A stretch of 64,000 nt of DNA from the NCBI GenBank assembly GCA_016219375.1, contig JACRNC010000016.1, positions 218,006 to 282,005 on the forward strand, read 5' to 3'. Numbering within the stretch: position 1 is the stretch's first letter; each line of letters starts with the position of its first letter. The notes beneath the pieces were generated by a model that was not told the origin of the DNA, did not search any database, and saw nothing but the letters and a program-made list of their open reading frames with translations. Source of the DNA: Burkholderiales bacterium (lineage in GTDB: Bacteria; Pseudomonadota; Gammaproteobacteria; Burkholderiales; Burkholderiaceae_C). Below, piece after piece: positions 60,254 through 64,000 of the stretch. Both the position numbers and the translations under genes were made by a program.

Positions 60254-63200
60254 GCACGTCGCGCACGAACTGCGCGCGGTCCTTGGGCTCGGGCAGGGCG
60301 CGCTCGATGCGCAGCTTGTCGTTGCCGGCCAGCTTGATGTGGCGGTTCTTCTGCACCAGCTCGATGATGCGCATCGGGTCCACCGGCGCCTTGGGGCGGA
60401 AGGTGATGGCCATCGCGCCCGGCGCGGCGTCGATTTTCAGCACGCCATAGGGCTTGGCCTGCACGCGCAGCCGGTGCGTGTCGAAGAGCGTCTGCGCCTG
60501 GGCGGGCAGCTTGCCGAAGCGGTCGACGATCTCCTCCAGCAGCGTGTCGATCTTGTCCAGCGTGTCGGCCGAGGCCAGGCGCTTGTACAGGCTCAGCCGC
60601 ACATGCACGTCGCCGCAGTAGCTGTCGGGCAGCAGGGCAGGGGCGTGCAGGTTGATCTCGGTCGTGCCGCCGAAGATGCCGGTGGGCGACAGCAGGTCCG
60701 GCTCCTTGCCGGACTTCAGGCTGCGCACGGCCTCCGAGAGCATGTCGTTGTAGAGCTGGAAGCCCACTTCCATCATGTTGCCGCTCTGGTTCTCGCCCAG
60801 CACCTCGCCGGCGCCGCGGATCTCCAGGTCGTGCATGGCCAGGTAGAAGCCGCTGCCCAGCTCTTCCATGTTCTGGATGGCCTCCAGGCGCTGCGCGGCC
60901 TGCTTGGTCAGGCCCTCCACGTCCGGCACCAGCAGGTAGGCATAGGCCTGGTGATGGGAGCGGCCCACGCGCCCGCGCAGCTGGTGCAGCTGGGCCAGGC
61001 CGAACTTGTCGGCCCGGCTCATGATGATGGTGTTGGCCGTGGGCACGTCGATGCCGGTCTCGATGATGGTGGAGCACAGCAGCACGTTGTGGCGCTGGGC
61101 GACGAAGTCGCGCATCACACGCTCCAGCTCGCGCTCGGGCATCTGGCCGTGGGCGATGGCGATGCGCGCCTCGGGCAGCAGCTCCTGCAGCTTCTGGCGG
61201 CGGTTCTCGATGGTCTCCACCTCGTTGTGCAGGAAGTAGACCTGCCCGCCGCGCTTGAGCTCTCGCAGCACGGCCTCGCGGATCACGCCGCTTGTCTCGC
61301 TGCGGACAAACGTCTTGATGGCCAGCCGGCGCTGCGGCGCGGTGGCAATGACGCTGAGGTCGCGCAGGCCTTCCAGCGCCATGCCCAGCGTGCGCGGGAT
61401 GGGCGTGGCGGTGAGCGTCAGCACATCGACCTCGGCGCGCAGGGCCTTCATCGCCTCCTTGTGGCGCACGCCGAAGCGGTGTTCCTCGTCGATGATCAGC
61501 AGGCCCAGGCGCTTGAACTTGACCGACTCGCTCAGCAGCTTGTGCGTGCCGACCACGATGTCGATGGTGCCGTCCTCCAGCCCCTGCATCGCCGCCTTGA
61601 TCTCCTTGGCCGAGCGGAAGCGCGACATCTCGGCCACCTTGACCGGCCACTTGGCAAAGCGGTCGGCGATGTTCTGGTAGTGCTGCTCGGCCAGCAGCGT
61701 GGTGGGCGCCAGCAGCGCCACCTGCTTGCCCCCGGTCACGGCGACAAACGCCGCGCGCAGCGCCACTTCCGTCTTGCCGAAGCCCACGTCGCCGCAGACC
61801 AGCCGGTCCATCGGGCGCGGGGAGATCATGTCCTGGATGACGGCGTGGATGGCGGCGTTCTGGTCCGGCGTCTCCTCGAAGCCGAAGCTCGCGGCAAAGG
61901 CCTCGTAGTCCTGCGGCGAGAAGCGGAAGGCAAAGCCCTCGCGCGCCGCGCGGCGGGCATACAGGTTGAGCAGCTCGGCCGCGGTGTCGCGCACCTGCTC
62001 GGCGGCCTTGCGCTTGGCCTTTTCCCACTGGCCGGAGCCCAGGCGGTGCAGCGGCGCCTCCTCGGCGCTCACGCCGGTGTAGCGGCTGATCAGGTGCAGC
62101 TGCGACACGGGCACGTAGAGCGTGGCCTTGTCGGCGTACTCCAGGTGCAGGAACTCGGTCGGCCCTTCGCCCAGATCCAGGTTGATCAGCCCCTGGTAGC
62201 GGCCGATGCCGTGGTTGGCATGCACCACCGGGTCGCCCACCTTGAGCTCGGACAGGTCCTTGATCAGCGCATCGACATCGCTGACCTGCTCCTGGCGCTT
62301 GCGCCGGCGCGTGGTGGGGGTGGCGTCGAACAGCTCGGTCTCGGTGACGAACTGCACCCCGCGCTCGGTCCAGAAGAAGCCCGAGGCCAGCGGCGCCACA
62401 GTGATGGCGCGCTTCAGATCACTGTCCAGGAAGGCCTGCAGCGACTCGACGGTGGTGGGCTCCAGCCCGTGCTCGCGCAGCAGCTCCAGCAGGCTCTCGC
62501 GTCGGCCGGCGCTCTCGGCCACGATCAGCACGCGGTGCTCGGTGCTGGCCAGGTGGCGGTCGAGCTTGCGCAGCGGCTCCTGGGCGCCGCGCTCCACCGA
62601 CAGATCCGGCAGCGGCCGGGCCCAATCCACCGGCTCGCTCCCGCGCACGGCCAGCACCGCGTGCGCGCCGGCCAGCGTGAAGAACTCCTCCGGCCGCAGG
62701 AACAGATCCTCCGGCGGCAGCAGCGGCCGCTCCGGGTCGTGCTGCAGGAAGCGGTGGCGCTCGCGGGTCTCGCCCCAGAAGCGCTTGAGCGCCTCGTCCA
62801 CCTCACCGTGCAGCACCACGCCGGCCTGCGGGCCGAGGTGGGTGAAGAAGGTCGCCACCTCATCGAAGAACAGCGGCAGGTAGTACTCGATGCCGCCCGT
62901 GGCCACGCCGTTGCCGATGTCCTTGTAGATGCGCGAGCGGGTCGGGTCGCCCTCGATGCGTTCGCGCCAGCGGTTGCGGAAGGCGCCGCGCGCGTCCTCA
63001 TCCATCGGGAACTCGCGCCCGGGCAGCAGGCGCACCTCGGGCACCGGGTAGAGGCTGCGCTGGCTGTCGGGGTCGAAGGTGCGGATGGAGTCCACCTCGT
63101 CACCGAACAGGTCCACCCGGTAGGGCACCGGCGAGCCCATCGGGAAGAGGTCGATCAGCCCGCCGCGCACGGCATATTCACCCGGCGAGACGACCTGGCT

Positions 63201-63656
63201 CACATGGTTGTAGCCGGCCAGCGTCAGTTGGGCCTTGAGCTTGGCTTCATCCAGCTGCTGCTTCTGCTTGAAGTGGAAGGTGTAGGCCGCCAGGAAGGAC
63301 GGCGGCGCCAGCCGCGTCAGCGCCGTGGTGGCCGGCAGCAGCACCACGTCCAGATCGCCCTGCTGCACCCGCCACAGCGTGGCCAGCCGCTCGGAGATCA
63401 GGTCCTGGTGCGGCGAGAAGGTGTCGTAGGGCAGCGTCTCCCAGTCCGGGAACACGGCGATGCGCAGCCCGGGCGCGAAGAACGCGATCTCGTCTTGCAG
63501 CCGCTGGGCATCGGCCGGCTCCGCCGTGACGATGGCCGTGATCTGCTTGCTGGCCGCACGCGCCTTGGCGAACTCGGCCAGCAGCAGGGCGTCTGACGAG
63601 CCGATGGGGCGGGGCAGGGTGAAGCGCTTGCCGGGGGCCAGGGTGGGCAGTTGCAT
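60222..63656 (-). CDS. mfd: transcription-repair coupling factor
   Basis: ATG 63656 (MQLPTLAPGKRF...). Helicase motifs GDVGFGKTEVALRAAF, IIDEEHRFGV, LTATPIPRT and QLHQLRGRVGRS. The Arg-rich extension upstream in the tracked ORF was discarded. Confidence 0.95.
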   Translation of the reverse strand: MQLPTLAPGKRFTLPRPIGSSDALLLAEFAKARAASKQITAIVTAEPADAQRLQDEIAFFAPGLRIAVFPDWETLPYDTFSPHQDLISERLATLWRVQQGDLDVVLLPATTALTRLAPPSFLAAYTFHFKQKQQLDEAKLKAQLTLAGYNHVSQVVSPGEYAVRGGLIDLFPMGSPVPYRVDLFGDEVDSIRTFDPDSQRSLYPVPEVRLLPGREFPMDEDARGAFRNRWRERIEGDPTRSRIYKDIGNGVATGGIEYYLPLFFDEVATFFTHLGPQAGVVLHGEVDEALKRFWGETRERHRFLQHDPERPLLPPEDLFLRPEEFFTLAGAHAVLAVRGSEPVDWARPLPDLSVERGAQEPLRKLDRHLASTEHRVLIVAESAGRRESLLELLREHGLEPTTVESLQAFLDSDLKRAITVAPLASGFFWTERGVQFVTETELFDATPTTRRRKRQEQVSDVDALIKDLSELKVGDPVVHANHGIGRYQGLINLDLGEGPTEFLHLEYADKATLYVPVSQLHLISRYTGVSAEEAPLHRLGSGQWEKAKRKAAEQVRDTAAELLNLYARRAAREGFAFRFSPQDYEAFAASFGFEETPDQNAAIHAVIQDMISPRPMDRLVCGDVGFGKTEVALRAAFVAVTGGKQVALLAPTTLLAEQHYQNIADRFAKWPVKVAEMSRFRSAKEIKAAMQGLEDGTIDIVVGTHKLLSESVKFKRLGLLIIDEEHRFGVRHKEAMKALRAEVDVLTLTATPIPRTLGMALEGLRDLSVIATAPQRRLAIKTFVRSETSGVIREAVLRELKRGGQVYFLHNEVETIENRRQKLQELLPEARIAIAHGQMPERELERVMRDFVAQRHNVLLCSTIIETGIDVPTANTIIMSRADKFGLAQLHQLRGRVGRSHHQAYAYLLVPDVEGLTKQAAQRLEAIQNMEELGSGFYLAMHDLEIRGAGEVLGENQSGNMMEVGFQLYNDMLSEAVRSLKSGKEPDLLSPTGIFGGTTEINLHAPALLPDSYCGDVHVRLSLYKRLASADTLDKIDTLLEEIVDRFGKLPAQAQTLFDTHRLRVQAKPYGVLKIDAAPGAMAITFRPKAPVDPMRIIELVQKNRHIKLAGNDKLRIERALPEPKDRAQFVRDVLRSLGTPVPA

Positions 63657-63737
63657 GGTCGGGATCGGTTCGGAACAGGCCAGAAACGACGAACGGCCCC
63701 GACAGCGGTGCTGGGGGCCTGAAAAGGTGGCGAATTC

Positions 63738-63743
63738 TAGAAT
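63738..63743 (+). promoter_or_regulatory. TAGAAT -10 box 8 nt upstream of the ispD ATG. It is part of the palindrome ATTCTAGAAT, which also presents TAGAAT toward mfd.
   Basis: GAATTCTAGAATCGCCCCCCATG with no Shine-Dalgarno sequence. The motif is shared with the nadB upstream region. Confidence 0.4.
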
Positions 63744-63751
63744 CGCCCCCC

Positions 63752-64000
63752 ATGTCCCTGCCCCCGACCGGCCACGTTGAAGGCGCTGCTGCACCGGCTG
63801 TTCCGGGCTATGCCATCGGTGTCGAGCCGCGCTGTTATGCCCTCGTCCCCTGCGCCGGCAGCGGCCAGCGCGCCGGCCCCGGCGGGCCCAAGCAATACCG
63901 CCACGTGGCCGGGCAACCGGTGGTGGCGCACACGCTGGCCGCACTGGCCGCGGTGCCGCGCCTGGCCGCCACGCTGGTGGTGCTGTCGCCGGATGACGGG
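63752..64000 (+). CDS. ispD: 2-C-methyl-D-erythritol 4-phosphate cytidylyltransferase, N-terminal part (runs off the window end)
   Basis: MSLPPTGH...YALVPCAGSGQRAGPGGPKQYRHVAGQPVVAHTL matches the IspD P-loop-like motif (A.PAAG.G.R...PKQY). Divergent from mfd, as in many betaproteobacteria. Confidence 0.85.
   Translation, partial: MSLPPTGHVEGAAAPAVPGYAIGVEPRCYALVPCAGSGQRAGPGGPKQYRHVAGQPVVAHTLAALAAVPRLAATLVVLSPDDG

Noticed and set aside
60339-63596. 1085-aa plus-strand ORF antisense to mfd
   Set aside because: Shadow ORF. The mfd helicase motifs are all in the minus frame.

Overview
About 70% GC chromosomal core region, most consistent with a betaproteobacterium of the Burkholderiales. The evidence is the smc-zipA-ligA, dapC-dapD-dapE, hom-thrC-moeA-moaD-moaE and mfd/ispD gene orders. 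I support about 50 protein-coding genes, nearly all housekeeping:
- lysine, threonine, NAD and molybdopterin biosynthesis
- SMC, LigA, Mfd, ClpB and Bcp

I saw no rRNA, tRNA, CRISPR array, transposase or integrase. Most long ORFs in the track are Arg/Ala/Gly/Pro-rich shadow frames lying antisense to or offset from real genes, and I rejected them.

Stretches worth a second look:
1. **34.85-39.95 kb.** A three-gene insert sits between nadC and nadA. It holds a Tat-signal acetamidase/formamidase-family protein. Transcribed divergently from it is an 830-codon frame in which an AraC-type regulator runs without a stop into a second, paralogous amidase-like domain that keeps a decayed copy of the Tat signal. 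A PPK2 follows. I read this as a candidate enzyme-derived one-component sensor.
2. **51.55-57.28 kb.** A site-2-protease (M50) protein fused to a HlyD-like adaptor is preceded by a second HlyD adaptor, with only one in-frame TGA between them. Upstream is a decayed LEPR-XLL/DUF11 surface-protein gene with two frameshifts and a truncated repeat. No pump or TolC gene lies in the window.
3. **41.2-46.7 kb.** A five-gene envelope operon reads PAP2, flippase-like, ArnC-like GT2, ArnT-like GT39, PAP2. This resembles lipid A phosphate-to-sugar replacement systems.

Smaller observations:
- 33-bp tandem hairpin repeats that copy the mfd 3-prime end
- TAGAAT -10 boxes 8-9 nt from the nadB and ispD start codons, implying leaderless mRNAs
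- a PNPOx-GAF protein with an unassigned C-terminal domain
- a CGEEF-variant diguanylate cyclase
- a MoaE with a low-complexity insertion

All functional calls come from reading the translations and recalling family motifs. No database search was run.
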